DNA from: an uncultured Lachnospiraceae bacterium
Lineage (GTDB): Bacteria > Bacillota > Clostridia > Lachnospirales > CAG-274
NCBI GenBank assembly: GCA_964654945.1
Contig: CAZZLN010000003.1
Span: 3,398-67,397 of the forward strand
Direction of reading: 5' to 3'
Length of the DNA: 64,000 bases
Positions 1 through 9,427 of the stretch are shown here, piece by piece (the first letter of the stretch is position 1; each line of letters starts with the position of its first letter). A program made the position numbers and the translations under genes. The notes beneath the pieces were generated by a model. It searched no databases, had not been told where the DNA came from, and worked only from the letters and a program-made list of their open reading frames with translations.

Positions 1-95
1 ATGAGGCTAAGCCATCAGCAGACAGAGAAGCTATATTAAAAAATGCACCACAGCAAAAAGACGGCTGTTTCAAGGTGCCTACGACCGTAGAATAA
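1..95 (+). CDS. gatC: Asp/Glu-tRNA amidotransferase subunit C, 3' end only (5' end is outside the window)
   Basis: Frame 3 reads EAKPSADREAILKNAPQQKDGCFKVPTTVE and stops at TAA 93-95. This matches the conserved GatC C-terminus (NAP..KDG..VP). It lies directly upstream of gatA-gatB. Confidence 0.6.
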   Translation, partial: EAKPSADREAILKNAPQQKDGCFKVPTTVE

Positions 96-111
96 GGGAG
101 GATTAATAAAT

Positions 112-1590
112 ATGTCATTATTAAATAAAACTGCCCTTGAAATAGGTCAGATGATTAAAAATAAAGAGGTAAGCTCTGTTGAGGTTACTAAAGAATTGCT
201 TAAAAATATTAAAGAAAAAGATGAAAAAATAAATGCCTATATAACAGTTTTAGAAGATGAAGCAATTGCATCTGCAAAAAAAATTCAATCTAAAATTGAC
301 AGTGGAGAAATTATATCTGATTTAGCCGGTGTTCCAATGGCAATAAAAGACAATATCTGTACAAAGGATATACTTACAACCTGCGGTTCAAAAATGCTTT
401 ATAACTTTAAGCCTCCCTATAATGCATCTGCAGCAGATAAATTAAATGCAGCCGGTGCAGTTGTGCTTGGTAAGTTAAATATGGATGAATTTGCTATGGG
501 CGGTTCTACTGAAACATCATATTTTGGTGCAACCGGCAATCCTTGGGATATATCAAGAGTTCCGGGAGGCTCGTCAGGAGGCTCTGCGGCGGCTGTAGCA
601 GCAGGAGAATGTATTTATGCTCTTGGTTCTGATACAGGCGGTTCTATAAGGCAGCCTTGTTCATTCTGCGGCGTAAGCGGTATTAAGCCGACCTATGGTG
701 CTGTTTCAAGATATGGTCTTGTTGCTTTTGCATCTTCTCTTGACCAGATAGGTCCTGTAGGCAGAGATATTAGAGATTGTGCAGAGGTTTTATCTGTAAT
801 TTCCGGTCATGATTTAAAGGATTCAACTTCAGTTAATCGTTCGCCTTTTGATTTTTCAAATTGCTTTTATGGTGATTTAAAAGGTGTTAAAATTGGATTG
901 CCTGTAAATTATTTTGGCAAGGGACTTGATGAAGATGTTAAAAAGCCTGTTTTAGAAGCCGTCAAAACCCTTAAAAAGCTTGGTGCAGATGTAGAAGAAT
1001 TTGAAATGAGCATAGTTGATTATGCAATTCCTGCTTACTATGTATTAGCTTGTGCGGAAGCCGGTTCAAATCTTTCAAGATATGATGGTATTAAATATGG
1101 TTACAGACGCAAGGACTGTGAGGACTTAATGGAAGTGTTTATGACCTCAAGAAGCGAGGGCTTTGGTATGGAGGTTAAAAGAAGAATAATGCTTGGCTCT
1201 TTTGTCCTCAGTTCCGGCTACTATGATGCTTATTATAACAAGGCTTTAAAGGTAAGAGGTCTTATTAAAAGGAGCTTTGATAAAGCCTTTAATGATTATG
1301 ATATGATTATTTCACCTGTAGCGCCTACTACAGCTTATAAAATTGGTGAAAATTCATCAGATCCTCTAAAAATGTATTTAGGTGATATTTATACAGTATC
1401 TGTAAATCTTGCAGGTATTCCTGCGGTTTCAATTCCTTGCGGTTTTGGCAGTAATGGTATGCCTGTTGGTATGCAGTTAATAGGCAACGCTTTTGACGAG
1501 CCAAAGCTTGTTAAGGCTGCATATGCTTTTCAGAAAGCAACAGATTTCCATACTAAAAAGCCTGAAATTGCAAAGGAGGGAAATAACTAA
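112..1590 (+). CDS. gatA: Glutamyl-tRNA(Gln) amidotransferase subunit A
   Basis: 492-aa ORF with the amidase signature GGSSGGSAAAVA and GSDTGGSIRQP. AAGGGAGG RBS upstream. gatCAB gene order. Confidence 0.95.
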   Translation: MSLLNKTALEIGQMIKNKEVSSVEVTKELLKNIKEKDEKINAYITVLEDEAIASAKKIQSKIDSGEIISDLAGVPMAIKDNICTKDILTTCGSKMLYNFKPPYNASAADKLNAAGAVVLGKLNMDEFAMGGSTETSYFGATGNPWDISRVPGGSSGGSAAAVAAGECIYALGSDTGGSIRQPCSFCGVSGIKPTYGAVSRYGLVAFASSLDQIGPVGRDIRDCAEVLSVISGHDLKDSTSVNRSPFDFSNCFYGDLKGVKIGLPVNYFGKGLDEDVKKPVLEAVKTLKKLGADVEEFEMSIVDYAIPAYYVLACAEAGSNLSRYDGIKYGYRRKDCEDLMEVFMTSRSEGFGMEVKRRIMLGSFVLSSGYYDAYYNKALKVRGLIKRSFDKAFNDYDMIISPVAPTTAYKIGENSSDPLKMYLGDIYTVSVNLAGIPAVSIPCGFGSNGMPVGMQLIGNAFDEPKLVKAAYAFQKATDFHTKKPEIAKEGNN

Positions 1591-3026
1591 TGAATTATCA
1601 GATGGTTATAGGCTTGGAGGTACACGTTGAGTTATCTACCAAGTCAAAGATATTCTGCAGCTGCACAACTGAGTTTGGCGGTGAGCCTAATACTCATGTT
1701 TGTCCTGTATGTTCAGGTATGCCCGGTGTGCTTCCTGTATTAAATAAAAAGGTTGTAGATTTTGCAATTAGTGCAGGTCTTGCTACAAACTGTGAAATTA
1801 CAAGATATAACAAATTTGACAGAAAGAATTATTTTTATCCCGATCTTCCAAAGGCATATCAGGTCAGCCAGTTATATCTGCCAATATGCCGAAATGGTAA
1901 GGTTGAAATTGAGGTAAATGGCGAAAAGAAGCATATTGGTATTCACGAAATTCATATGGAGGAGGATGCCGGTAAGCTTGTTCATGACCCATGGGATGAT
2001 TGTACACTTGTTGACTATAACAGATGTGGCGTACCCCTTCTTGAAATAGTTTCTGAACCTGATTTCAGATCTGCTGACGAAGTTATTGCTTATCTTACAA
2101 AGCTAAGAGAAACTATGATGTATCTTGGCGTTTCAGACTGTAAAATGCAGGAAGGCTCTATGAGAGCTGATGTAAATATTTCGGTTATGCCTGTCGGTTC
2201 TTCAAAATTTGGCACAAGAACAGAAATGAAGAATATGAACTCTTTTAAGGCAATTTACAGAGCAATTAATTATGAGGCTAACAGACAAATAGAAATTCTT
2301 GCGGCAGGCGGTGTTATTACACAGGAAACAAGAAGATGGGACGATAACAAAGACGCAAGTTTTGCAATGAGAAGCAAAGAAAATGCACAGGATTACAGAT
2401 ATTTTCCTGAACCGGACCTTCTTCCTATTGAAATAAGTGATGAATGGATAAATAACGCTAAAGAAAATATGCCTGAACTTCCTGAACAAAAAAGAGCAAG
2501 ATATATTAAAGACTTTGGCCTTTCTGAATATGATGCTTTTGTTATAACATCTGAAAGACAAATTGCATATTTATTTGAGGACACAGTTAAACTTTCAAAT
2601 GAGCCAAAAGAAGCCTGTAATCTTATTATGGGTGAGCTTATGAGATTAATGAGTGAAACAGGCACTCCTGCAGAAAACGTTAAAATGGATTCAGTTAAAA
2701 TTGCCGATTTAATAAAACTTATTGTTGACGGCAAAATTAACAGAACTGTTGAAAAGGAAGTATTTGAGCAGATATTTAAAAATAATGTTGAGCCGGTTAA
2801 ATATGTTGAAGAAAATGGCTTGCTTATGCTTAATGATGACAGCCTTGTTGAAAAAACTATTAACAAGATTATAGCCGAAAATCCAAAATCCATTGAAGAT
2901 TTAAAAGCCGGAAAGGATAAAGCTAAGGAATTTCTTGTAGGTCAGACTATGAAGGCTTTAAGGGGAAAGGCTAATCCACAGACAGTTAATATAATCCTTG
3001 ACAAAGCACTATCAAAAATATTGTAA
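1590..3026 (+). CDS. gatB: Asp/Glu-tRNA amidotransferase subunit B
   Basis: 478-aa ORF. The ATG overlaps the gatA stop (TAATG). The N-terminus MNYQMVIGLEVHVELSTKSKIFC is typical of GatB. Confidence 0.95.
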   Translation: MNYQMVIGLEVHVELSTKSKIFCSCTTEFGGEPNTHVCPVCSGMPGVLPVLNKKVVDFAISAGLATNCEITRYNKFDRKNYFYPDLPKAYQVSQLYLPICRNGKVEIEVNGEKKHIGIHEIHMEEDAGKLVHDPWDDCTLVDYNRCGVPLLEIVSEPDFRSADEVIAYLTKLRETMMYLGVSDCKMQEGSMRADVNISVMPVGSSKFGTRTEMKNMNSFKAIYRAINYEANRQIEILAAGGVITQETRRWDDNKDASFAMRSKENAQDYRYFPEPDLLPIEISDEWINNAKENMPELPEQKRARYIKDFGLSEYDAFVITSERQIAYLFEDTVKLSNEPKEACNLIMGELMRLMSETGTPAENVKMDSVKIADLIKLIVDGKINRTVEKEVFEQIFKNNVEPVKYVEENGLLMLNDDSLVEKTINKIIAENPKSIEDLKAGKDKAKEFLVGQTMKALRGKANPQTVNIILDKALSKIL

Positions 3027-3038
3027 AAAATATAAAAA

Positions 3039-3073
3039 GCTCATTCCAAAAGGTTTGGGCTTTTTCTGTTTTT
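3039..3073 (+). terminator. Putative intrinsic terminator after gatB
   Basis: Imperfect hairpin GCTCATTCC-AAAA-GGTTTGGGC, followed by TTTTTCTGTTTTT. Confidence 0.45.
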
Positions 3074-3124
3074 ATATCATTTTGTGACAAATATATAAAC
3101 ATTTTAAATAATATTTAAAATCAA

Positions 3125-3153
3125 TTTACATATAAAAATTTTTATTGTAAAAT
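3125..3153 (+). promoter_or_regulatory. Sigma-A-like promoter for the pectate lyase gene
   Basis: TTTACA at 3125-3130, 17-nt spacer, TAAAAT at 3148-3153. It lies 35 nt upstream of the ATG at 3189. Confidence 0.4.
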
Positions 3154-3188
3154 AGAATTAAGAATAAAAATGAGAGGAATGTGTTTTA

Positions 3189-5387
3189 ATGAAAAGAAAA
3201 AACTTTATTGCTGTTTTAGCTGCTTTGACCCTTATTATAGGTTCTATTGTTCCGCTTAGCATAAGCGTTTATGGTGAAAGTGTTATTTCGAAGGGCGTAT
3301 GGTTTGAATCCATGTATGTAGAATGGAATGGTACTTCAGGAGAAAATTATTCTGTTTCTTATAAGCAATCGTCAGATTTGGATTATATCAATATCGACAA
3401 TGAGCTTATAAGAGAGGTGACTGACGGTAAGTTTAGAGCTGATGTTCTTGGACTAAAGGGTGATACATCTTATGATGTCAAGGTAACAAAAGGTGATGAA
3501 ACAGTTACAGAATTTAGCGGTATACCTATGGCATATGACCGTTCAGGCTTTGCCTTTGATGGCAGCAATGATGCTCCGGGTGCATATAATGCTGATGGAA
3601 CTGTTGCAGATGATGCACTTATATTATATGTCAGTGAATCCAATAAGAATAATGTTTATAAAAATAAAACAATAAAAAGTATTCTTAGCGGGTTTAATAG
3701 TTTAAATGGAGGAAAACCTGTTATATTAAGAGTTATTGGAAAGGTAACGCCGTTAAGCAGTTCAGATACAAGTCCGGGAATGTGGAAAAACACCTGTGGT
3801 GTTACAATAGAGGGCGTAGGCCCTGATTCAGGCTTTTCAGGCTGGGGTATTGGTTCAGGAGATAACAGTGATACTGAATTTAGAAATCTTAATTTTGTTG
3901 ATTATGTAGAAGATGCTATAGGTTTTGAAAATTCTAAAAAGCTGTGGATACATAACAATACATTTTATTCAGGATATAATCCAAAAGACAGCACAGCTGA
4001 AAGAGATAAGCTTCATGGTGATGGCTCTTGTGATTTAAGAGAATGTGATACTGTAACTGTGTCTTATAATCATTTTTCAGGAACAGATAAAACATCACTT
4101 ATAGGCTCTAATCCATCAAACAGAGAATCAACCGGAAATATTACATTTCATCATAATTATTTTGATGGCACAAGCCAAAGAACACCAAGAGTAAGATGGC
4201 ATAATATTCACGTTTACAACAATTATTATAAGGATACCAAAAGCTATGGCATAGGTGCTACCTGTAACTGTAGTATATTTTCAGAAAATAATTATTTTGA
4301 AGATGCGGCATCACCAATGGTAACATCATCACAAGGCGGATATGCCACTTTTTCAGATAATGAAGGCGGTGTTATTAAATCATATAATAATATTATGGTA
4401 AACACAAGAGATTGCCTTGAAGGTGTTGACTATTTTGCAGCTCCATCAAGAGAATATAGACTTACTGCATCAGATTATACTACTGTTAAAGGCGGCTGGA
4501 CCTATAATAACTTTGATGCAAATGGTTACATTGGAAGTAACAATTACAGCCTTGACGATCCTTATGCCGCAAAGGAAAAGGTTATTGAAAATGCAGGTGC
4601 TATTAAAAGCTCATCACTTACAAGCATTAACACAATAATACCGCCTGAAGCTAAGGGAAATGTGACAGCAGTTTATTATTATGACCCTGAAACAAGCGGC
4701 ACAACCGGTGCATCATATGGCGGAATAAATGGTGTTGGTACATTTTTTAGCGGTACAGGAACTTGCAGTGATTTAAGTGCATCAGGCTGGAGAGGCAATT
4801 ATAATTTTAATTACACAGGAAGTTTTTCAACAAGCTCACCAATTACTTTTACAACAAGCTCTCAGGCTAAATTTACCGTTATAGCTTCAACATCAGGCAG
4901 CACACCTGTCAGAATGACTGTTACAAATTCTGAAAATGCTGATGCTGTATATCATGGTACAATTCAAACCGGAAACAAAGGCGATGAAACTGTATCTGAG
5001 GTAAATCTTCTTGAAGCAGGCACATACACATTTAAGCCAGGTTCAAGTGCGGATATTTATTATATTGAAGTTATGGAATTTGATGGACAGGAGCCTATAA
5101 CAGAAACAACAACAGAAACAACGACAGAAACAACAACAGAAACTGTTACTGATACAACATCTGATTTTGTATATGGTGATGCAGATGGTAATGGCAGTTT
5201 AGAGGCTAATGATACGGCGGTTTTAATACAGAAAGTTTTAACTAATGCAAAGGTCCCTATTGAAGATATGACAGATGACTATATGAAGTATATTGATGTT
5301 GACAGTGACGGACTTATTACTTCAGCAGATGCTGCAGCTGTACTTCAAAAGGTTTTAGACAGTACTTATAATTTTATAATTAATTAA
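3189..5387 (+). CDS. Secreted PL1-family pectate lyase with C-terminal dockerin
   Basis: - Signal peptide MKRKNFIAVLAALTLIIGSIV.
- PL1 core motifs WIHNNTF, DGSCDL and SQRTPRVRWHNIHVYNNYY.
- Thr/Glu linker TETTTETTTETTTETVTDTT.
- Duplicated Ca-binding dockerin segments DADGNGSLEANDTAVLIQKVL and DVDSDGLITSADAAAVLQKVL. Confidence 0.85.
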   Translation: MKRKNFIAVLAALTLIIGSIVPLSISVYGESVISKGVWFESMYVEWNGTSGENYSVSYKQSSDLDYINIDNELIREVTDGKFRADVLGLKGDTSYDVKVTKGDETVTEFSGIPMAYDRSGFAFDGSNDAPGAYNADGTVADDALILYVSESNKNNVYKNKTIKSILSGFNSLNGGKPVILRVIGKVTPLSSSDTSPGMWKNTCGVTIEGVGPDSGFSGWGIGSGDNSDTEFRNLNFVDYVEDAIGFENSKKLWIHNNTFYSGYNPKDSTAERDKLHGDGSCDLRECDTVTVSYNHFSGTDKTSLIGSNPSNRESTGNITFHHNYFDGTSQRTPRVRWHNIHVYNNYYKDTKSYGIGATCNCSIFSENNYFEDAASPMVTSSQGGYATFSDNEGGVIKSYNNIMVNTRDCLEGVDYFAAPSREYRLTASDYTTVKGGWTYNNFDANGYIGSNNYSLDDPYAAKEKVIENAGAIKSSSLTSINTIIPPEAKGNVTAVYYYDPETSGTTGASYGGINGVGTFFSGTGTCSDLSASGWRGNYNFNYTGSFSTSSPITFTTSSQAKFTVIASTSGSTPVRMTVTNSENADAVYHGTIQTGNKGDETVSEVNLLEAGTYTFKPGSSADIYYIEVMEFDGQEPITETTTETTTETTTETVTDTTSDFVYGDADGNGSLEANDTAVLIQKVLTNAKVPIEDMTDDYMKYIDVDSDGLITSADAAAVLQKVLDSTYNFIIN

Positions 5388-5396
5388 TATTAATGG

Positions 5397-5426
5397 AAGT
5401 GTCTGTTTATCAGGCACTTTCTTTCT
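5397..5426 (+). terminator. Intrinsic terminator after the pectate lyase gene
   Basis: Stem AAGTGTCTG / CAGGCACTT (one G-U pair), loop TTTAT, followed by TCTTTCT. Confidence 0.5.
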
Positions 5427-5521
5427 GTAAATCTAACACTTTTATTACGATTGTAAAAATATATAGAAAAATATATAATAATAAGGTATAATAAATTATA
5501 TTATTTTATAAAGGTGATTAA

Positions 5522-7000
5522 ATGAAACGAAAATTATTATACATATTTTTTATTTTTTTATGTGCGGCTTTTCCATCTGTTGTAAATGCTGATGATAATA
5601 CAGTCAGAATAGGTCTTGAAAAGTATTATAAAGATGTCAGCTCTGTTGAAATTAATAATAATGATGTAAATGTTATTGCTAATGGTATAAGCTATAATGT
5701 TGGCACAAGCGGCGGATTTACAGTAAAAACAATATCTAAAAATTATAACTGTATTTCGGATTATTACGATACATATAAAGATGCAGCCGAAAAAACAATT
5801 GAATTTACAGGTTATAGCTGTATACCTGCTTTAACTGATAATGGCTGGACAGTTTATATTACAACAGATAAAACACCAAATGTTCAAACAGAAAGTATAA
5901 AAACAGGCAGTAATGCTGTTGTGTTTGCAAGCAATGGCATAAATAAATTTATTGCCGACTGTTCTGCACCTGTTCAAGTTTCATCTGAGAGCGGAATAGT
6001 TGATTTAGGAAAGTGTCAATACAGAGATAATATCGAAATGAATATAAACGGAAGCAGTATAACTGCCATAAACGTAATTGACACAGAACACTATTTATAT
6101 GGTGTTATAAATTCTGAAATGCCTGCTTCCTGGCCCCTTGAAGCACAAAAAGCACAGGCAGTAGCAGCAAGAACATATATTGAATCTACAGGAAATAAGC
6201 ACAATACATATGACCTTTGTGATAATACAAACTGTCAGGATTATAACGGAATTACAAAAGAGAGTGAGCTTGGCAGACAGGCAGTTGATGAAACCAAAGG
6301 CATTGTAATTTATTATAATGATGAACCAATATCAGCACTTTATTTTTCATCAGATGGCGGTGCAACACAAAACAGTGAAGATGTTTGGTTATCAGAAGTG
6401 CCTTATTTAAGAGGTATAACTGATGAATATGAAAAAGAATGTGCCGAGTGGACAAGAACCTTTACTTACTCTGAACTTACTGATATTTGTAATGGAAAAG
6501 GCTTTAATATAGGTACTGTTAAAAACGTAATTCCTGAATATAATTACAAAGGATTGTGTTTAAGTATTACATTTGAAGGTTCAAATGGTTCAAAAACTGT
6601 TTCAAAGGAAGAAGTCAGGACAGTATTTTCTGTTTCTAAAGACGGCAGCCTTAAATCCAGAAACTTTAATGTTGACGGCGGAAAATCTGAAGAAATACCT
6701 ATAATACATATTATCGGCAAAAACGGAAATGAAAGTATTCCACTAAATAATATTGTTGCTGAAAACAGTATTGGAGAAACCACTAAAATTGAAAATTCCG
6801 CTATTGCTGCTGCATCAAATGAAAATAAAACAAATCTTTCGGTTCAGCAAAGCAGTAACAAAAACAGTATAACCATAAACGGAAAAGGTTATGGGCATGG
6901 TGTAGGTATGAGCCAATATGGTGCAAAAGGTATGGCTGAATCAGGATATAAATATGATGAAATTTTAAAATATTACTATAGAGATGTAGAAATAAAATAG
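5522..7000 (+). CDS. SpoIID/LytB domain-containing protein (secreted)
   Basis: Signal peptide present. SpoIID-type motifs [30 protein letters not shown] and [29 protein letters not shown]. Confidence 0.8.
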   Translation: MKRKLLYIFFIFLCAAFPSVVNADDNTVRIGLEKYYKDVSSVEINNNDVNVIANGISYNVGTSGGFTVKTISKNYNCISDYYDTYKDAAEKTIEFTGYSCIPALTDNGWTVYITTDKTPNVQTESIKTGSNAVVFASNGINKFIADCSAPVQVSSESGIVDLGKCQYRDNIEMNINGSSITAINVIDTEHYLYGVINSEMPASWPLEAQKAQAVAARTYIESTGNKHNTYDLCDNTNCQDYNGITKESELGRQAVDETKGIVIYYNDEPISALYFSSDGGATQNSEDVWLSEVPYLRGITDEYEKECAEWTRTFTYSELTDICNGKGFNIGTVKNVIPEYNYKGLCLSITFEGSNGSKTVSKEEVRTVFSVSKDGSLKSRNFNVDGGKSEEIPIIHIIGKNGNESIPLNNIVAENSIGETTKIENSAIAAASNENKTNLSVQQSSNKNSITINGKGYGHGVGMSQYGAKGMAESGYKYDEILKYYYRDVEIK

Positions 7001-7010
7001 GATGGTTGTT

Positions 7011-8039
7011 ATGTTAAAAAGTGATTTTTATTTTGATTTACCTGAGGAGCAGATTGCACAAACTCCTCTTGCTGACAGGTCATCATCAAAGCTTATGGTG
7101 CTTAATAAAAATACAGGTGAGGTAGAACACAAAATATTTAAGGATATTGTGGATATGATTAATACAGGTGATTGTATTGTATTAAATGAAACAAAGGTAT
7201 TGCCTGCCAGATTAATTGGTGCCAGAAAAGACACAGGTTCAAGAGTTGAGGTGCTTCTTCTTAAAAGATTAAGTGATGAAAACTGCTGGGAAACTATTGT
7301 TTATCCCGGCAAAAAAGCAAGACCGGGTCATATTATAGAATTTGGAAACGGCTTACTTGAAGCCGAGGTTATTGAAGTTATAAATGAGGGTAACAGAATT
7401 GTAAGATTTAAGTTTGATGGTATATTCGAAGAACTTCTTGATAAGTTTGGACAGATGCCTTTGCCGCCTTATATTAAGGAAAAACTTGAAGATAAAAACA
7501 GGTATCAGACCGTTTATGCTAAAAATGAGGGTTCTGCCGCTGCACCGACTGCCGGCTTGCATTTTACTCCCGAACTTTTAAAACAGCTTGAAAATAAAGG
7601 AATAAACATAGCAAAGCTGACTCTCCATGTAGGACTCGGCACATTCAGACCGGTTAAGGTCGAAGATATAAATGACCATATTATGCATTCTGAATTTTAT
7701 ATGATTGATGAAAAGAATGCTGATATAATAAATAATACCAGAAAAAATGGAGGTAAAATTATATCAGTGGGCACAACAAGCACCAGAACACTTGAATCTG
7801 TTGCAGATGAAAATGGAAATATAAAAGCTTGCAGCGGCTGGACAAATATATTTATATATCCCGGTTATAAGTTTAAAATAATAGACAGCTTAATAACAAA
7901 TTTTCATTTGCCCGAATCAACACTTATAATGCTTGTAAGTGCCTTAGCAGGTACAGAAAATGTTTTAAATGCCTATAATATTGCAGTTAATAATAAGTAT
8001 CGTTTCTTTTCATTTGGCGATGCTATGTTTATTAAATGA
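7011..8039 (+). CDS. queA: S-adenosylmethionine:tRNA ribosyltransferase-isomerase
   Basis: The N-terminus [20 protein letters not shown] matches the QueA consensus. Contains [13 protein letters not shown] and [11 protein letters not shown]. The ORF track starts 9 nt earlier (7002); I chose the second ATG by N-terminal alignment. Confidence 0.9.
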   Translation: MLKSDFYFDLPEEQIAQTPLADRSSSKLMVLNKNTGEVEHKIFKDIVDMINTGDCIVLNETKVLPARLIGARKDTGSRVEVLLLKRLSDENCWETIVYPGKKARPGHIIEFGNGLLEAEVIEVINEGNRIVRFKFDGIFEELLDKFGQMPLPPYIKEKLEDKNRYQTVYAKNEGSAAAPTAGLHFTPELLKQLENKGINIAKLTLHVGLGTFRPVKVEDINDHIMHSEFYMIDEKNADIINNTRKNGGKIISVGTTSTRTLESVADENGNIKACSGWTNIFIYPGYKFKIIDSLITNFHLPESTLIMLVSALAGTENVLNAYNIAVNNKYRFFSFGDAMFIK

Positions 8040-8101
8040 TATAAAACGTTAATGTGAATAAAATATGGATTTAGTTAATATTCTATTACAGAGGGTAAAA
8101 T

Positions 8102-9427
8102 ATGGATTTATTTGAATATCAGTCAAAGAAAAAACTTAAAACAGAAAGTCCTCTTGCTGCAAGATTAAGACCAACTTCTCTTGATGAATTTGTGGGACAA
8201 GAGCATATAGTCGGCAAGAACACTTTATTATACAGAGCAATTAAAGCAGACAAGCTGTCTTCTATTATATTATACGGGCCTCCGGGCACAGGAAAAACTA
8301 CACTTGCAAAGGTAATTGCAAACAGCACTAAAAGTGAGTTTATGCAGATAAATGCAACTACAGCAGGCAAAAAGGACATAACAGATACGGTTGACAGGGC
8401 AAAAGAGGTTCTTGGCGTAAGGGGAAGAAGGACAATTTTGTTTATTGATGAGATACATAGATTTAATAAAACTCAACAGGATACATTGCTTCCTTATGTT
8501 GAAGACGGCACTTTAATTTTAATTGGTGCAACTACTGAAAATCCATATTTTGAAGTAAACAAGGCTCTTGTGTCAAGGAGCATTATTTTTGAATTAAAGC
8601 AGCTTACAACAGATAATATTAAAACAATAATATTACGAGCTTTAAATGACAATGAAAAGGGCATGGGAATATACAATGCAAAAATTGAGGATAAGGCTCT
8701 TGAATTTCTGGCTGACACTGCAAATGGAGATGCAAGAGTTGCTTTAAATGCAATTGAGCTTGCTGTTATGACTACTGAAAGAAATGAAAACAATGAAATT
8801 TTAATTGATATAAATGTTGCTCAACAGTGTATTCAGAAAAGGTCATTAAATTATGATAAAGATGGTGACAATCATTATGACACTATTTCTGCTTTTATAA
8901 AAAGTATGAGAGGCTCCGACCCTGATGCAGCTGTATATTATCTTGCTAAAATGCTTTATGCTGGAGAGGACCCAAGATTTATTGCAAGAAGAATTATGAT
9001 TTGTGCATCTGAAGATGTTGGCAATGCCAATCCTATGGCTTTGGTTGTTGCAAATTCTGCTGCACAGGCTGTTGATTATCTAGGGTTGCCCGAGTGCAGA
9101 ATAAATCTTGCACAGGCGGCAGCTTATGTAGCCTGTTCGCCAAAAAGCAATTCTGCTATTATGGCTATTGATTCTGCATTGGAAGATGTTAAAAATGTAA
9201 AAACATCAGGTGTGCCTAATCATCTTAAAGACAGACATTATCCCGGAGCTGTTAAACTTGGTCATGGAGAGGGATATAAATATGCCCATGATTATCCTAA
9301 TCATTATGTTAAGCAGCAATATCTTCCTGATGAGCTTATAGGAACTGAATACTATTGTCTGTCAGATAATGGAGATGAGGCCAAATTGAAGAAATGGCTT
9401 AAATATATTAAGGAGAGTGAATTATGA
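8102..9427 (+). CDS. rarA: Replication-associated recombination protein A (AAA+ ATPase)
   Basis: Walker A GPPGTGKTT and Walker B FIDEIHRFNK. The C-terminal MgsA-type region (DPDAAVYYLAKML, RRIMICASEDVGNA) is present. Confidence 0.9.
   Translation: MDLFEYQSKKKLKTESPLAARLRPTSLDEFVGQEHIVGKNTLLYRAIKADKLSSIILYGPPGTGKTTLAKVIANSTKSEFMQINATTAGKKDITDTVDRAKEVLGVRGRRTILFIDEIHRFNKTQQDTLLPYVEDGTLILIGATTENPYFEVNKALVSRSIIFELKQLTTDNIKTIILRALNDNEKGMGIYNAKIEDKALEFLADTANGDARVALNAIELAVMTTERNENNEILIDINVAQQCIQKRSLNYDKDGDNHYDTISAFIKSMRGSDPDAAVYYLAKMLYAGEDPRFIARRIMICASEDVGNANPMALVVANSAAQAVDYLGLPECRINLAQAAAYVACSPKSNSAIMAIDSALEDVKNVKTSGVPNHLKDRHYPGAVKLGHGEGYKYAHDYPNHYVKQQYLPDELIGTEYYCLSDNGDEAKLKKWLKYIKESEL

Noticed and set aside
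2202-2893. Antisense ORFs inside well-supported genes. Examples: 2202-2561 and 2393-2893 in gatB, 12945-13373 in the ger A gene, 25029-25671 in yicC, 32098-32481 in frr, 33994-34449 spanning the cdsA-dxr junction, 35232-35798 in rseP, 53696-54223 across the methyltransferase/U32 genes, and 56744-57019 opposite aqpZ.
   Set aside because: All lie opposite genes with strong motif support. Their sequences are low-complexity Ser/Phe/Ile/Lys/Asn-rich, as expected from the reverse complement of AT-rich coding DNA. None has an RBS or a recognisable domain.
5095-5160. Nucleotide tandem repeats: ACAGAAACAACA units here, and GGTTCA/AGCAGT-rich repeats at about 55790-55900.
   Set aside because: They are in frame inside long ORFs and encode Thr/Glu-rich and Ser/Gly-rich interdomain linkers. 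They are not non-coding satellites or CRISPR-like repeats.
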